A stretch of 52,053 nt of DNA from an uncultured Clostridium sp. (GCA_946538835.1 CAMNGZ010000001.1:1-52053), one strand, 5' to 3'. Shown: positions 19,132 to 29,056, counted from the stretch's first letter. Notes: a model not told the origin generated them from the letters alone. Translations and numbers: made by a program.

Positions 19132-20634
19132 TTATTCTTTATCTACTTCTTGAGTAGTAATTTCTTCACTATTTAGATCCTCATCTAAATTCTCAGCTGC
19201 TAAATATTCATTATCGCTTTCTTTTGCAATAGCTTTCATAACTTTCTTTTCATTATAGAACATAAGAATTACTGCACCAAGGCAACAGAATACAACTGCA
19301 ACTATTGCAACAATCATCAATCCTGTAGGATTTGCTGAAATGTCATTCTTAGTAACATCTTGAGTAGTGCCTAAAATTGCAAGAGAAGTAAATGCAAGCA
19401 TTGCAATAGATTGTCCTAATTTCATTGCAAATGTACGAGCCGCAAAGAACATACCTTCTCTATTCTCGTGAGATTCAATTGAATCTTTTTCAGCAACGTC
19501 AGCAACAATTGATTGAGGAATAATACCAAGTAATGCCATTGGTAATGCAGCAACAATACAAATTAATACTCCGTATACATAGCTAAGTACATTAGCATCT
19601 TTTAAATCTTTTTGAGTAATTGAGCAAATAGCTGTAATTAAATAAGCCAATGCAAGTCCAAAGAAACCAGCAATAGTTAATTTCTTCTTACCAAATTTCT
19701 TAACTAAGCCATTAACAACAGGGTAGAAACAAGCACTAAGTACGGTCATAGCACCCATAAAGATCATTGTATAAGAATCGGCAAGTTTCATTGATACAGT
19801 AACGAAGAATGGTAAACCAGTTTGGAATAAAGTTAAACCAATCCAATACATAATATCACTTGCAGTGAAAACTCTGAAATCTTTATTCTTAAATGTCTTA
19901 CCAAGAGATTCAAATGCATTTGTACCAGCAGGCTTAGCTTCAACAAAATCTGTTTCCTTTAATAAGAATGTAGGCAATAACATACATACACAAGCAATAA
20001 TCGCTAAAACGATGAAACAAACTCTATATGACCAATAATAACCAAGACTACCTTGTAATAAACCACCAAATACAAATGGTGTATATGCTAATAATGTACC
20101 CGCAAAATAAGTTAATGAAATATATGTAGAAATATTCATTCTATCTTCTTGTGTTTTACCAAACTCGCTAATTAAAGCGTTATATGGTGTACAATAAATT
20201 GTCATAAATGTATAGAATAATACTAAGAAAATTGCTACCCAAGCAATATTAGCAGCATAATTACCACTAGCTTCAGCATTTTCAACTGGAGCTAAGAATA
20301 CTAATACTGTAATAATTGCAAAAGGAATTGCTGCAAAGCGCATGAAAGGTAATCTTCTACCTTTTTTATTCTTACTATTATCAGATAAGTTTGCAACCAT
20401 TGGATCAGTTACAGCGTCCCAAACTCTACATAAAGCTGTAATTAAACCAAGAACGGTTAAGAAACCTCCAATCACAAGTCCTGAAGGAATCAAGAATTTA
20501 ACTCCCCCATCATGTGTCTTGTCATTAATTAGATAGAATGCAACAAGCCACGCATTAATAATTCCCCCTAAAATTGACCAACCTAATTGACCAATCGCAA
20601 ATATCCACATTTGCTTTTTTGTTAATCTGTTCAT
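19132..20634 (-). CDS. Glycoside-pentoside-hexuronide (GPH):cation symporter, MelB-like
   Basis: 500 aa, 12 TM. Motifs GQLGWSILGG, WDAVTDPMVANLSD, GRRLPFM. RBS GAAAGGAAA. Confidence 0.85.
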   Translation of the reverse strand: MNRLTKKQMWIFAIGQLGWSILGGIINAWLVAFYLINDKTHDGGVKFLIPSGLVIGGFLTVLGLITALCRVWDAVTDPMVANLSDNSKNKKGRRLPFMRFAAIPFAIITVLVFLAPVENAEASGNYAANIAWVAIFLVLFYTFMTIYCTPYNALISEFGKTQEDRMNISTYISLTYFAGTLLAYTPFVFGGLLQGSLGYYWSYRVCFIVLAIIACVCMLLPTFLLKETDFVEAKPAGTNAFESLGKTFKNKDFRVFTASDIMYWIGLTLFQTGLPFFVTVSMKLADSYTMIFMGAMTVLSACFYPVVNGLVKKFGKKKLTIAGFFGLALAYLITAICSITQKDLKDANVLSYVYGVLICIVAALPMALLGIIPQSIVADVAEKDSIESHENREGMFFAARTFAMKLGQSIAMLAFTSLAILGTTQDVTKNDISANPTGLMIVAIVAVVFCCLGAVILMFYNEKKVMKAIAKESDNEYLAAENLDEDLNSEEITTQEVDKE

Positions 20635-20673
20635 ATTTTTTCCTTTCTAAGTCAAAACTTTTTATATAATTTT

Positions 20674-20702
20674 ATTTTAAGTTTAAAAATAGGCAATGTC
20701 AA
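20674..20702 (-). promoter_or_regulatory. Sigma-A type promoter of the alpha-galactoside operon
   Basis: On the minus strand: TTGACA (20697-20702), a 17-nt spacer, then TAAAAT (20674-20679). It lies about 40 nt upstream of the transporter ATG. Confidence 0.6.
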
Positions 20703-20716
20703 TGAAAACGTTATCA
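20703..20716. promoter_or_regulatory. Catabolite-responsive element (cre, CcpA operator) abutting the -35 box
   Basis: TGAAAACGTTATCA matches the cre consensus TGWAANCGNTNWCA at every constrained position. Confidence 0.65.
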
Positions 20717-20821
20717 TAATTTAACAAAAATATACAAAAAGAATCGATATAAATTTAATTGTGTATATTTTACGCCATTTTTGGCTTTTATCAAGATGTT
20801 TTTTAATTATTAGTTAAAAAT

Positions 20822-20850
20822 AAAAAAAAGCGCTTTGTTTAAAAGCGCTC
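20822..20850 (-). terminator. Rho-independent terminator of the 436-aa lipoprotein gene
   Basis: Stem agcgcttt (20829-20836) pairs with aaagcgct (20842-20849). T-run on the minus strand. Confidence 0.65.
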
Positions 20851-20851
20851 A

Positions 20852-22162
20852 CTAATAGCTGATTTTACCAAGGAAAAATGTCATATCTTCTCTTCTTGTT
20901 GAATCATTTAAAATATTAAAATATTTGGTTTTATTTTGATTATAAATCTTAATATAAACATCATATGAGTTATAAGTTAAACCATATAATCCTTGTTCGA
21001 TATTTTTTAAAGTAAATTTATCGCTATATTCAATAGTCTTTTCATTACTAATAAAATAAATTGTATAATATAAGTCTTTCAAATAAGGTGCATTAGTTTT
21101 AGTCTTATTATAAATTATAAAGCCTAAGTTGTTATTCTCTCTTACCACGTCAAAATAATTAATCAATGGTGCAAAACCAGAATACATATTTAAATAATTT
21201 AAGATATTTATATTATCCATCTTCAAATTAGATAAATCGTTAAGAAGTAAATTATCACAACTAAAATAAGTTAAATGAAATTCAAATAGTTTATCAATAA
21301 CATCTTTAGATAATAAATTCAAATCAAAATCCTTATTTAAATATAATGAAAGATTTATATTATGTCCTTTTGACCAAGTAATGGTTGCTTGATCAAAATT
21401 ATTATCAATAATTCTTTGGACTATTTGCCCATTATCATAAACACCAAACTTTGAAGTCTTTGCTAAATCTTTTTCACTAATTTCACTTAAATCACCACGT
21501 TCAATACCAACATAAGAATAAATGTAATCTAGTTTTGACAAAAAAAGTTTAGTGCTTGTTACATTTTCTAAATAAATATCAATTAATTTAGCTACATTTT
21601 GATTGCTAACAATATTTCCGCCAGACATATCACCTAATTTAGACAAAAAGCCACATTCAAACGAATAAATAGTATAAGGATATAAATCAATAACTTTAAC
21701 AATTTTTTCAAAATGCTTTAAAACCATATTGAAATCAGGTTCTTGATTATCTAATCCTTGAAATTTATCATAAGTAAATCTCAATACTAAGCTAGAATTA
21801 TTGGCCCTAAAACAATTAAGAATATTTTTGAATTTATCAATGGTATTATCGCTAATTTCTAAATCTTCTACATTGTTAGTTTTCTTAGAATAATAAGACA
21901 AATCTGATAATAATAAATAGAAACCAGTTGAAGTATTCTTATCAAATCCTGTGATATTTTCTTCACTCCACGTTAGGTCAATTCTTTTTGCTAACCCTTG
22001 ACCATCATTTGTAATATAGTCTGTGTTGTAATCGTAACTCAAATGACTAGTTAAAATGCTATTCTTGTTAACAGTTACAGTTTCTCCCGTTGTTGGATTT
22101 GCTTGACAGCTAGTCAAACAAGCCAAACATAATAACAATAAAATAATTATCATATCACTCAC
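20852..22162 (-). CDS. Putative lipoprotein, unknown function (possibly glycoside-hydrolase-like; unverified)
   Basis: N-terminus MSDMIIILLLLCLACLTSCQANP has the lipobox L-T-S-C. The rest is Asn/Tyr-rich with no catalytic motif I can name. The start may be the ATG at 22153. Confidence 0.6.
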   Translation of the reverse strand: MSDMIIILLLLCLACLTSCQANPTTGETVTVNKNSILTSHLSYDYNTDYITNDGQGLAKRIDLTWSEENITGFDKNTSTGFYLLLSDLSYYSKKTNNVEDLEISDNTIDKFKNILNCFRANNSSLVLRFTYDKFQGLDNQEPDFNMVLKHFEKIVKVIDLYPYTIYSFECGFLSKLGDMSGGNIVSNQNVAKLIDIYLENVTSTKLFLSKLDYIYSYVGIERGDLSEISEKDLAKTSKFGVYDNGQIVQRIIDNNFDQATITWSKGHNINLSLYLNKDFDLNLLSKDVIDKLFEFHLTYFSCDNLLLNDLSNLKMDNINILNYLNMYSGFAPLINYFDVVRENNNLGFIIYNKTKTNAPYLKDLYYTIYFISNEKTIEYSDKFTLKNIEQGLYGLTYNSYDVYIKIYNQNKTKYFNILNDSTRREDMTFFLGKISY

Positions 22163-22229
22163 CCAACTATATTATATAATAAATGATTAAATTTTACAAA
22201 ATAACAAAAAAAGAACCTAAGTTCTTTTC

Positions 22230-22778
22230 TTATTCATTAATCTCATAACGTATATTATTATCTATTAATGTTTTTATGAACACATTGTCATCCATAAATT
22301 TATTATTTCCATAAAGATAAATAGCTTTATCACCATCACGATTCCAAAATACCACTAAGTATTTCTTCTTTTCACTTGTATAAAATTTAGAAATAGTCAC
22401 ATCATCAAGTTTCTCAACTGAAATTGATTCAAGCTTTTCAAATGCTCCTCTGTGATAAAATATACCATTCTTAAATTCAAACTTAAATGTAAGAATGATA
22501 TAAAAACCAGTTAAACCAATTCCAGTAAGAATTAATCCTGGTATAACTAAAATAGCAGCGAACCAAACTTTTAATTTCTTAAGTTCAAATCCATAATGAA
22601 TGTCTAAATAAAGTGCTAATATTCCAATTAACACAGATAATAAGGCATAAAAAATATTTTTCTTTGGCAAATTATATTTAAATGAAATGATTTTGTTATC
22701 ACGTTCATAATAAGTAATATACTTATTTCCCCTAATTTTTCGCTCATTAAAAATGTCCATATCTTTTCCTCGTTTCAT
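22230..22778 (-). CDS. Membrane protein, unknown function
   Basis: 182 aa with two central TM helices (IFYALLSVLIGILALYL; FAAILVIPGLILTGIGLTGFYIIL). Terminator hairpin aagaac/gttctt at 22205-22227. Confidence 0.55.
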   Translation of the reverse strand: MKRGKDMDIFNERKIRGNKYITYYERDNKIISFKYNLPKKNIFYALLSVLIGILALYLDIHYGFELKKLKVWFAAILVIPGLILTGIGLTGFYIILTFKFEFKNGIFYHRGAFEKLESISVEKLDDVTISKFYTSEKKKYLVVFWNRDGDKAIYLYGNNKFMDDNVFIKTLIDNNIRYEINE

Positions 22779-22818
22779 TTATTATATAAAATTTTATAAT
22801 AAATTTAAAGTAAAAATA

Positions 22819-23136
22819 TTAACAGCCTTTACCATCAATTGAACAAGCTTGAATTGTAGAAACGTAAATCAAATCTTTATATCCTAATTCATTTAAATAT
22901 GATTCCCAATCAGTAAAAACTAAGTCATCTTTAACTAGACAAGGAATTCCAATATCGCCAATTTTAATAAGTCTATCAAAAACATTTGGATAATTATCAC
23001 GATAATGTAGGAATTCTTTTAAATTCTTTAATGAAGAATTTATATCAATATATTCATATTCAATTTTAAATTTATCAAAATTAGCTTTGCAATTAACGCA
23101 ATCAGAACACATTTGACTTCCGTATAATTTTATCAT
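22819..23136 (-). CDS. Glutaredoxin-like / thioredoxin-fold small protein
   Basis: MIKLYGSQMCSDCVNCK... (CxxC near the N-terminus after beta1) and GIPCLV (cis-Pro region). Start moved to M12 with RBS TGGTGA. C-terminal CSIDGKGC. Confidence 0.65.
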   Translation of the reverse strand: MIKLYGSQMCSDCVNCKANFDKFKIEYEYIDINSSLKNLKEFLHYRDNYPNVFDRLIKIGDIGIPCLVKDDLVFTDWESYLNELGYKDLIYVSTIQACSIDGKGC

Positions 23137-23194
23137 ATATATCACCATTTCAATTTTAACAATAAACATTTAAAATATCCAATTTAATGCCTAT

Positions 23195-24073
23195 TTAGTT
23201 TTTCACTTGTTTAGTCATAAATTCATACATAGCTTTGTTAACTTTAACACTCTCTCTTAAAGTTACACTGACAACATTGTGAACATGACCTGCTAAAATA
23301 TTCTTTGTATCTATATCAAGAAAAGTATATGGCTTATTATATTTATCTAAATCTTTTATAAGATCATATGACTCATTTCTCAAAAAATCATATTTTGAAG
23401 TGGAAATAAATATTTTCGTATTTAAACCTTCAATATAAGTTTTAGGAGATAATGTTTCAAGATAATTTTTATTTTTATAGTTCTTACCAAGCACCCATCT
23501 TTTTAATCCATCAGTCATATTATTAAGTTCGCCATAATTTTGATAATTATAAGCCGGACAATTTAATAAAACACCACTAATCTTATAATCATTTCTACCA
23601 AGAATAGTTTTATGACTTACATTAATCGCATTAAGTAATGCAAAATGGCCACCAGCTGAGTCACCGGTTAAATAAATTTCATCATATTCTAAATCAAGTT
23701 TACTAAGATTATTGTAGATAAATGAAATACATCTATTTGTATCATCAAGTTCATCTACTGTTTCTATTCTTTTATTATTAAGTCTATATTCAACCAAGGC
23801 TACATCAATACCTTTTTTCAAAAAGAATTGGGCGAAATTGAAGTTGTCATTTCTTGATGCACCAACATAAAAGCCACCATGAATATCAACTAATAATATA
23901 TTCTTTCTCTCTTTATTTGTGTAATATAAATCAAATACTTGTCTTCTAGATGGTCCATAATGAATACTAGATTTATGTTTATATCTAGATCTATTTTGAA
24001 ATAATCTTTTAAAGAAATTATGAACGCGTGCAATAGCCTTAAAAAAAATCAAATTATGCTTATGTAGTTTCAT
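23195..24073 (-). CDS. Alpha/beta hydrolase (esterase/lipase, hormone-sensitive-lipase-like)
   Basis: Oxyanion motif VDIHGGFYVG and nucleophile elbow GDSAGGH. The start overlaps the SDR stop (TAATG). Confidence 0.8.
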   Translation of the reverse strand: MKLHKHNLIFFKAIARVHNFFKRLFQNRSRYKHKSSIHYGPSRRQVFDLYYTNKERKNILLVDIHGGFYVGASRNDNFNFAQFFLKKGIDVALVEYRLNNKRIETVDELDDTNRCISFIYNNLSKLDLEYDEIYLTGDSAGGHFALLNAINVSHKTILGRNDYKISGVLLNCPAYNYQNYGELNNMTDGLKRWVLGKNYKNKNYLETLSPKTYIEGLNTKIFISTSKYDFLRNESYDLIKDLDKYNKPYTFLDIDTKNILAGHVHNVVSVTLRESVKVNKAMYEFMTKQVKN

Positions 24074-24819
24074 TATTTCATCTCACTTTGCTTACGAAGA
24101 GTTTTTGAGATTAACTTTTTAGGGACCATATGAGAAAATAGATGACCTAATTTAATTGAAAATCCAGGAACTATTTCAAATTTACCCTTAAGCATCTTTT
24201 TTACAGCGTATTCACCAACATATTCACTAGATAAGCTATGAATATTAAATTTAGCATTAGCTCTATTTTCAAAATTAGTCTTTACAGGACCAGGACATAA
24301 TACTGATAATCTCACATGACTTTTCATATCTTTTAATTCTCTATAATAACCATGTGCAAGCGAATAAACAAATGATTTTGTGGCATAATATACATTCATA
24401 TAAGGTGCAACTCCAAATGCAGCAGCACTTGCAACAAACATAACATGTCCCTTATCATGTTTTATAAAACGAAGAATAAAAGCCTTGCATAAAATTAAAG
24501 TAGCAATATCATTTAGTTTAACCATATTAATTTCTTTTTTAATATCTGTATTAGTGATTCTTCCGATATCTCCATATCCAGCATTATTAACAAAAATATC
24601 GATATCTAAATCTTTAGTTTCTTCAAGTAATCTAAAACATTCATCTTCACTAGATAAATCATAAGATAAGAATCGTACATTAGTTTTAACCACAGATTTA
24701 ATATAATCTAAATCATTTTCTTTTCTTGAAACTAATAATAAATCGTATCCTCTTTTCGCTAAATTAATAGCTATATCTTTACCTATTCCTGTTGTACCGC
24801 CAGTAATTAGTGCTATCAT
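24073..24819 (-). CDS. SDR family oxidoreductase
   Basis: TGGTTGIG (TGxxxGxG), NNAG, and S...YxxxK (YYATKSF). Start moved to M11 behind RBS AAGAGGTGG. Confidence 0.88.
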   Translation of the reverse strand: MIALITGGTTGIGKDIAINLAKRGYDLLLVSRKENDLDYIKSVVKTNVRFLSYDLSSEDECFRLLEETKDLDIDIFVNNAGYGDIGRITNTDIKKEINMVKLNDIATLILCKAFILRFIKHDKGHVMFVASAAAFGVAPYMNVYYATKSFVYSLAHGYYRELKDMKSHVRLSVLCPGPVKTNFENRANAKFNIHSLSSEYVGEYAVKKMLKGKFEIVPGFSIKLGHLFSHMVPKKLISKTLRKQSEMK

Positions 24820-24854
24820 CAAAACCACCTCTTTATTTTTATTATACAATATGA

Positions 24855-24889
24855 AGAAAAAAGATTAATAGCAAAATACTATTAATCTT
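24855..24889 (-). terminator. Rho-independent terminator downstream of the GNAT gene
   Basis: Stem aagattaatag (24861-24871) pairs with ctattaatctt (24879-24889). T-rich run on the minus strand. Confidence 0.6.
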
Positions 24890-24897
24890 TAACATTT

Positions 24898-25362
24898 TTA
24901 TAATTCATATCTGTAATATCCAACATTATCATTAGAATCAAAGCGAATGAAGCCAACCGATTCAAATAAATTTATTGCATATTTATTTGAATCATCAATT
25001 ATACATTCTATTTGAACACAATCTTCTGTCTCTCTTTTAATAATTTGATTTAATATCTGTCTACCATAACCCAAATTCATAAAATCAGGATTTACAACAA
25101 TATGATTAATAATAAGTGACTTTTTATTTAGACAGTTACATATATTTAAAACAACATATCCTATTAAAGTCTCCTCATTATAAACAGCATAAACCTTATC
25201 CTTAATCTTATCCTCATGAGGCCCATATTTTACATTATTATAATATTCTAATTCTGATTGGAACGTCTCATCATTCATCGCATAATGTAAGACATTATAA
25301 TTCTTTCTCCAATGTTCCATAAGTCGAGCCGAAATATTAGTCTGATTTAAAAATGTCAGCAT
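24898..25362 (-). CDS. GNAT family N-acetyltransferase
   Basis: IINHIVVNPDFMNLGYGRQILNQII is acetyl-CoA-binding motif A. Start moved to M40 (RBS AGGGGTGG). The longer track ORF would overlap the upstream gene. Confidence 0.8.
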   Translation of the reverse strand: MLTFLNQTNISARLMEHWRKNYNVLHYAMNDETFQSELEYYNNVKYGPHEDKIKDKVYAVYNEETLIGYVVLNICNCLNKKSLIINHIVVNPDFMNLGYGRQILNQIIKRETEDCVQIECIIDDSNKYAINLFESVGFIRFDSNDNVGYYRYEL

Positions 25363-25465
25363 ATAACCACCCCTAAAATATATAGACATTTTTTCTAATT
25401 TTATTTTATCATAAATTATAAATAAAAAAAAGTAGACAAAAGCGTTAAACTTTTGTCTACAAATT

Positions 25466-26431
25466 TTATTCTTCTTCACTTAATGCGATGACATGTTTAG
25501 CAAAATCCATACCGCATTTTAACGCAACACCAATAGTTTTAGCTCCCTTAACAATGTCACCACCAGTGTAAATGTTTGAAACACTAGTTTCAAATGCTTC
25601 TCCATAAGACTTAACAGCTTTAATATAACCATGATCTGTTTCAATCTTTCCAACATTCCAAACAGCATTATCAGGAATTTGACCAATAGCACTAATTACA
25701 TAATCACAAGGAATTGTAACAAATTCACCAGTACCTACAGGGCTCTTTCTACCAGATGCATCAGGTTCACCTAAAGTCATAACCTCACATTTGATGCCTT
25801 CAACATGGTCTTTACCTAAAATTTCAACTGGATTAGTTAAGAATCTTAATTCAACTCCGTCGCCTTCAGCTTGGCTCATTTCAGCAGGAGTACATGGAGC
25901 TTCAGCTCTATCTCTTCTATAAACAATAATAGTCTTATTTGCACCACTTCTGACGGCACAACGAGCACCATCCATTGCTACATTACCCGCTCCAACTACG
26001 ACACATGTTCCATTTAAAACAGGTTTTGATTTCTTTAAATTTAATTTATCATCAAAGTTAAAGTCTCTCAAAAATTCAAGTGCATTCAATGAACCATTAA
26101 GGTCATCTCCAGGAATACCTAAATGTCTAACTTTAGTTAATCCAAATGCTAAATAAACAAAATCATACTTTTTTGCAAGCTCTAAGAAATCACTTTCTTT
26201 TAAATCTGAACCAAAGATGAAATTACCACCTAATTCCTTTACAGGATCAACTGATTTATTTACAGCTTCTAATTTGATACGGAAGGCAGGAATTCCAAAA
26301 GCCATAACACCGCCACCAAAATTTTCTTTTTCATAAATATCTACATGATGTCCTTTAGAAAGTAACATCTTTGCGGCGCCTAATCCTGCAGGACCTGCAC
26401 CAACAATCGCAATCTTATAACACTTTGCCAT
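25466..26431 (-). CDS. FAD/NAD(P)-dependent oxidoreductase, glutamate synthase small-subunit (GltD)-like core without the N-terminal Fe-S domain
   Basis: Motifs IAIVGAGPAGLGAA, GIPAFRI and VVVGAGNVAMDGARCAVR. At 321 aa it begins directly at the first dinucleotide fold. Confidence 0.8.
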   Translation of the reverse strand: MAKCYKIAIVGAGPAGLGAAKMLLSKGHHVDIYEKENFGGGVMAFGIPAFRIKLEAVNKSVDPVKELGGNFIFGSDLKESDFLELAKKYDFVYLAFGLTKVRHLGIPGDDLNGSLNALEFLRDFNFDDKLNLKKSKPVLNGTCVVVGAGNVAMDGARCAVRSGANKTIIVYRRDRAEAPCTPAEMSQAEGDGVELRFLTNPVEILGKDHVEGIKCEVMTLGEPDASGRKSPVGTGEFVTIPCDYVISAIGQIPDNAVWNVGKIETDHGYIKAVKSYGEAFETSVSNIYTGGDIVKGAKTIGVALKCGMDFAKHVIALSEEE

Positions 26432-26529
26432 ATAAAAATCCTTTCACAAAAAAGTTAGTAAATAATCTAACTAGTTTCATTATACATTAAAATAATCTTA
26501 TTTGATAATTAAATTGCATAATATTTGAA

Positions 26530-26557
26530 GAAAAAAATAAAAGGGTCAAGCCCTTTT
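26530..26557 (-). terminator. Rho-independent terminator of the 76-aa gene
   Basis: Stem aaaaggg pairs with ccctttt, loop tcaag. T-run on the minus strand. Confidence 0.5.
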
Positions 26558-26558
26558 A

Positions 26559-26789
26559 TTACATATTAAACATAACTTGTCTAGCACGTGCAGCAAAATA
26601 TTTAAAAATAGATAAATCAACATCAATAAATGATTCATCCTTTAATACATCTCTAGCAAACTCTTCTTCTTGTCTGCGGATTGCATCAATACTAGATGTA
26701 GAATCGAAACCTTTTTTGACCAAATACGAAACAAATTTGCTAACAGTATCTTCATATTTTTTACCGCTAATTTCATTTAACAATGTCAT
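26559..26789 (-). CDS. Small hypothetical protein
   Basis: 76 aa, helical and charged. RBS GAAGAAGG. It has its own terminator. Confidence 0.5.
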   Translation of the reverse strand: MTLLNEISGKKYEDTVSKFVSYLVKKGFDSTSSIDAIRRQEEEFARDVLKDESFIDVDLSIFKYFAARARQVMFNM

Positions 26790-26860
26790 AATATTTTCGC
26801 CTTCTTCAAGTATATTATAGTCCTCAAATAAAAAAATTAAAGATATGAAAGCTAAAAAAT

Positions 26861-27973
26861 TTAAATATTATGGTATTGTCTTTTGAATTCATACATCTTA
26901 CCATCAATGATATTCATGAATGTGTCAAAGTCAATATCATCACTGTCAAACAAACTGTAACCATAACAATAAGTTAAATCATATGGTAACTTCAAATCTC
27001 TTTTACTTATATTTAAATTTTCATCAAGTAATGATATAAATTTAGATACTTCTTTAAAATTTGTACTATTAATAAATACTAAAAATTCATCTCCGGCATA
27101 TCTTAAGCAAGTACACTTTGTAAAATTTGAACAATTTAGAGCATTTGCAAATGTGAGTAAGGCCTTATCGCCTTCTTTATGCCCATAAGTATCGTTAATA
27201 GATTTAAAATCATTAATATCAAACATGATACCAATAACTTTCTTATGCTTAAATCTATGAACTAATACATCAATATAAGCTCTATTAAAAATACGTGTTA
27301 AATGATCACGATAGATTGTTTCATTTTGCAAACTAGATATAACACCAGTTAAGGCAATAGCAACAAGGGCTAAAATAACAGATACATTAGGAAAAAATGA
27401 TCCTAGGATAGTTCCTAAAAAAACCGGTAGTAAAATAGCCCAAATTGGCAATAAAGACAAGCCTCCATTTTTCTTTCTTGCGTATAAATAAACAACAAAT
27501 GAACTTGCCATATATATAATATTTAAATCAAACATAATATAATAACCAAACAATCTATGATATTTATTATGAACATCCAGTTCAAATATAAGAGGTTTAA
27601 ACAAATTAATTAAAAGTAAAAGAGCCCCAATATATAAAGGAATAGCAATTAAAGATTTATATTTTCTTTTAATATTACCAAACATATGCTTGAACACAAA
27701 CATAAACCATAAATAAGAAATAGATAAGTATGCTAAATATTGATAACTATTTAAAATTAAAATTACGAATCTTGGAACATCTTCTGATTTAGAATCGCAA
27801 AAAAATAGAAATGGCTCAACTACACAAGACAATAATGTGCAATCAAATAGGCTAAATATATCTTTAAGTTCATACTTTGGCAGAAATAATTTTCTTCTTA
27901 TTGTATAACTCATTAGCAATAATAAAATAACTGCCAAAAAGTTTGTAATATAAACTTCAAAATTAGCCGTCAT
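26861..27973 (-). CDS. Membrane-anchored GGDEF-domain protein (diguanylate cyclase) with AGDEF signature
   Basis: About 6 N-terminal TM helices, then LTRIFNRAY..., DINDFKSINDTYGHKEGDKAL and RYAGDEFLVF. I see no RxxD I-site five residues upstream. Start at the ATG (M3) behind AAGGAG. Confidence 0.85.
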   Translation of the reverse strand: MTANFEVYITNFLAVILLLLMSYTIRRKLFLPKYELKDIFSLFDCTLLSCVVEPFLFFCDSKSEDVPRFVILILNSYQYLAYLSISYLWFMFVFKHMFGNIKRKYKSLIAIPLYIGALLLLINLFKPLIFELDVHNKYHRLFGYYIMFDLNIIYMASSFVVYLYARKKNGGLSLLPIWAILLPVFLGTILGSFFPNVSVILALVAIALTGVISSLQNETIYRDHLTRIFNRAYIDVLVHRFKHKKVIGIMFDINDFKSINDTYGHKEGDKALLTFANALNCSNFTKCTCLRYAGDEFLVFINSTNFKEVSKFISLLDENLNISKRDLKLPYDLTYCYGYSLFDSDDIDFDTFMNIIDGKMYEFKRQYHNI

Positions 27974-28060
27974 AACCAATTCTCCTTTACCATTCTCAAA
28001 TTATAATATTTTTTTTAAAAAATAACAACAAGAAAATTTTCGAATTATCAAACAACTTAA

Positions 28061-28957
28061 TTATAAGTTAGATTTTACATTTAAAGTTTTATAAATAAGT
28101 TCTTTATTTAAATTAATACCAATAATAATTATTACAAGTTGCCCATTATCTTTCAAATTATAATTAAAAGAATCTTTAGTCGCATTGATTTCTACAAAAG
28201 TTTTATCTTTTATAAAGCCTTTTACTCTAATGATGTTGCCAAATGTTAAATCACAGAACATTAATCTTAATTTATCTTTTAAAAAATCTAATTCAATATT
28301 TTGGTTCATAATAAACATTGTGTCAAAATTATTAAAATAATTTCTTTTAACAAAATCAGCATTCTTATAACCAGAATTAATGATATTATTAAAATCTATT
28401 GATTCGCTATAAAGAATATCAGATGAATCAAAATTTCTTGTCGAGTCAAATTCTTTATGAATTTGATTTAGTTTAGAAACATTAAAAAGTTCATTACCCT
28501 TTCTTTTAGTTACAATAATTTTAGAAGCATGTGCGGTTTCATTCACTAAAAAATATTTTTCTTCTTTTGTTAAATTATTATCATTTATATCAATTAAAGA
28601 AAAAATATTCCCAATTTTATAATTATTAATGAGAGGTTCTTCATACAAAGGATCAAAAAATTCATCAGTATCATATAAACCACTAGGTTCAACTATTACT
28701 CTAGTGTATGACTTCATCATAATAGTGATAAGCTTAGTTCTAAATCTTCTTCTTAAAGAAAAAACATCTCCGCCTAATACAGATTCAATATCATAATCTT
28801 TATTCTCAAGAAGCATAGTATCAATGTTGATAGCACCAAAATCATTCTCAATGACGCAAACCTTTTCTCCTTTTGACACTAAATATGATGCATACTTTTT
28901 TATAAATGTAGTCTTTCCACTACCTAAAAATCCTGTAATTAAATCAATTGTAATCAT
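28061..28957 (-). CDS. CobW/G3E family GTPase (metallochaperone-like)
   Basis: P-loop GFLGSGKTT, VIENDFGAINID, and a C-terminal CobW_C-like region. Confidence 0.8.
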   Translation of the reverse strand: MITIDLITGFLGSGKTTFIKKYASYLVSKGEKVCVIENDFGAINIDTMLLENKDYDIESVLGGDVFSLRRRFRTKLITIMMKSYTRVIVEPSGLYDTDEFFDPLYEEPLINNYKIGNIFSLIDINDNNLTKEEKYFLVNETAHASKIIVTKRKGNELFNVSKLNQIHKEFDSTRNFDSSDILYSESIDFNNIINSGYKNADFVKRNYFNNFDTMFIMNQNIELDFLKDKLRLMFCDLTFGNIIRVKGFIKDKTFVEINATKDSFNYNLKDNGQLVIIIIGINLNKELIYKTLNVKSNL

Positions 28958-29056
28958 AAAATCACCGCTTATATTTTATAACATTATAATTTTTTTTAAA
29001 ACCAATTATTAAAATATGTTATAATTAAGTTAACAATAGAAAAAGGAAGTATATAT

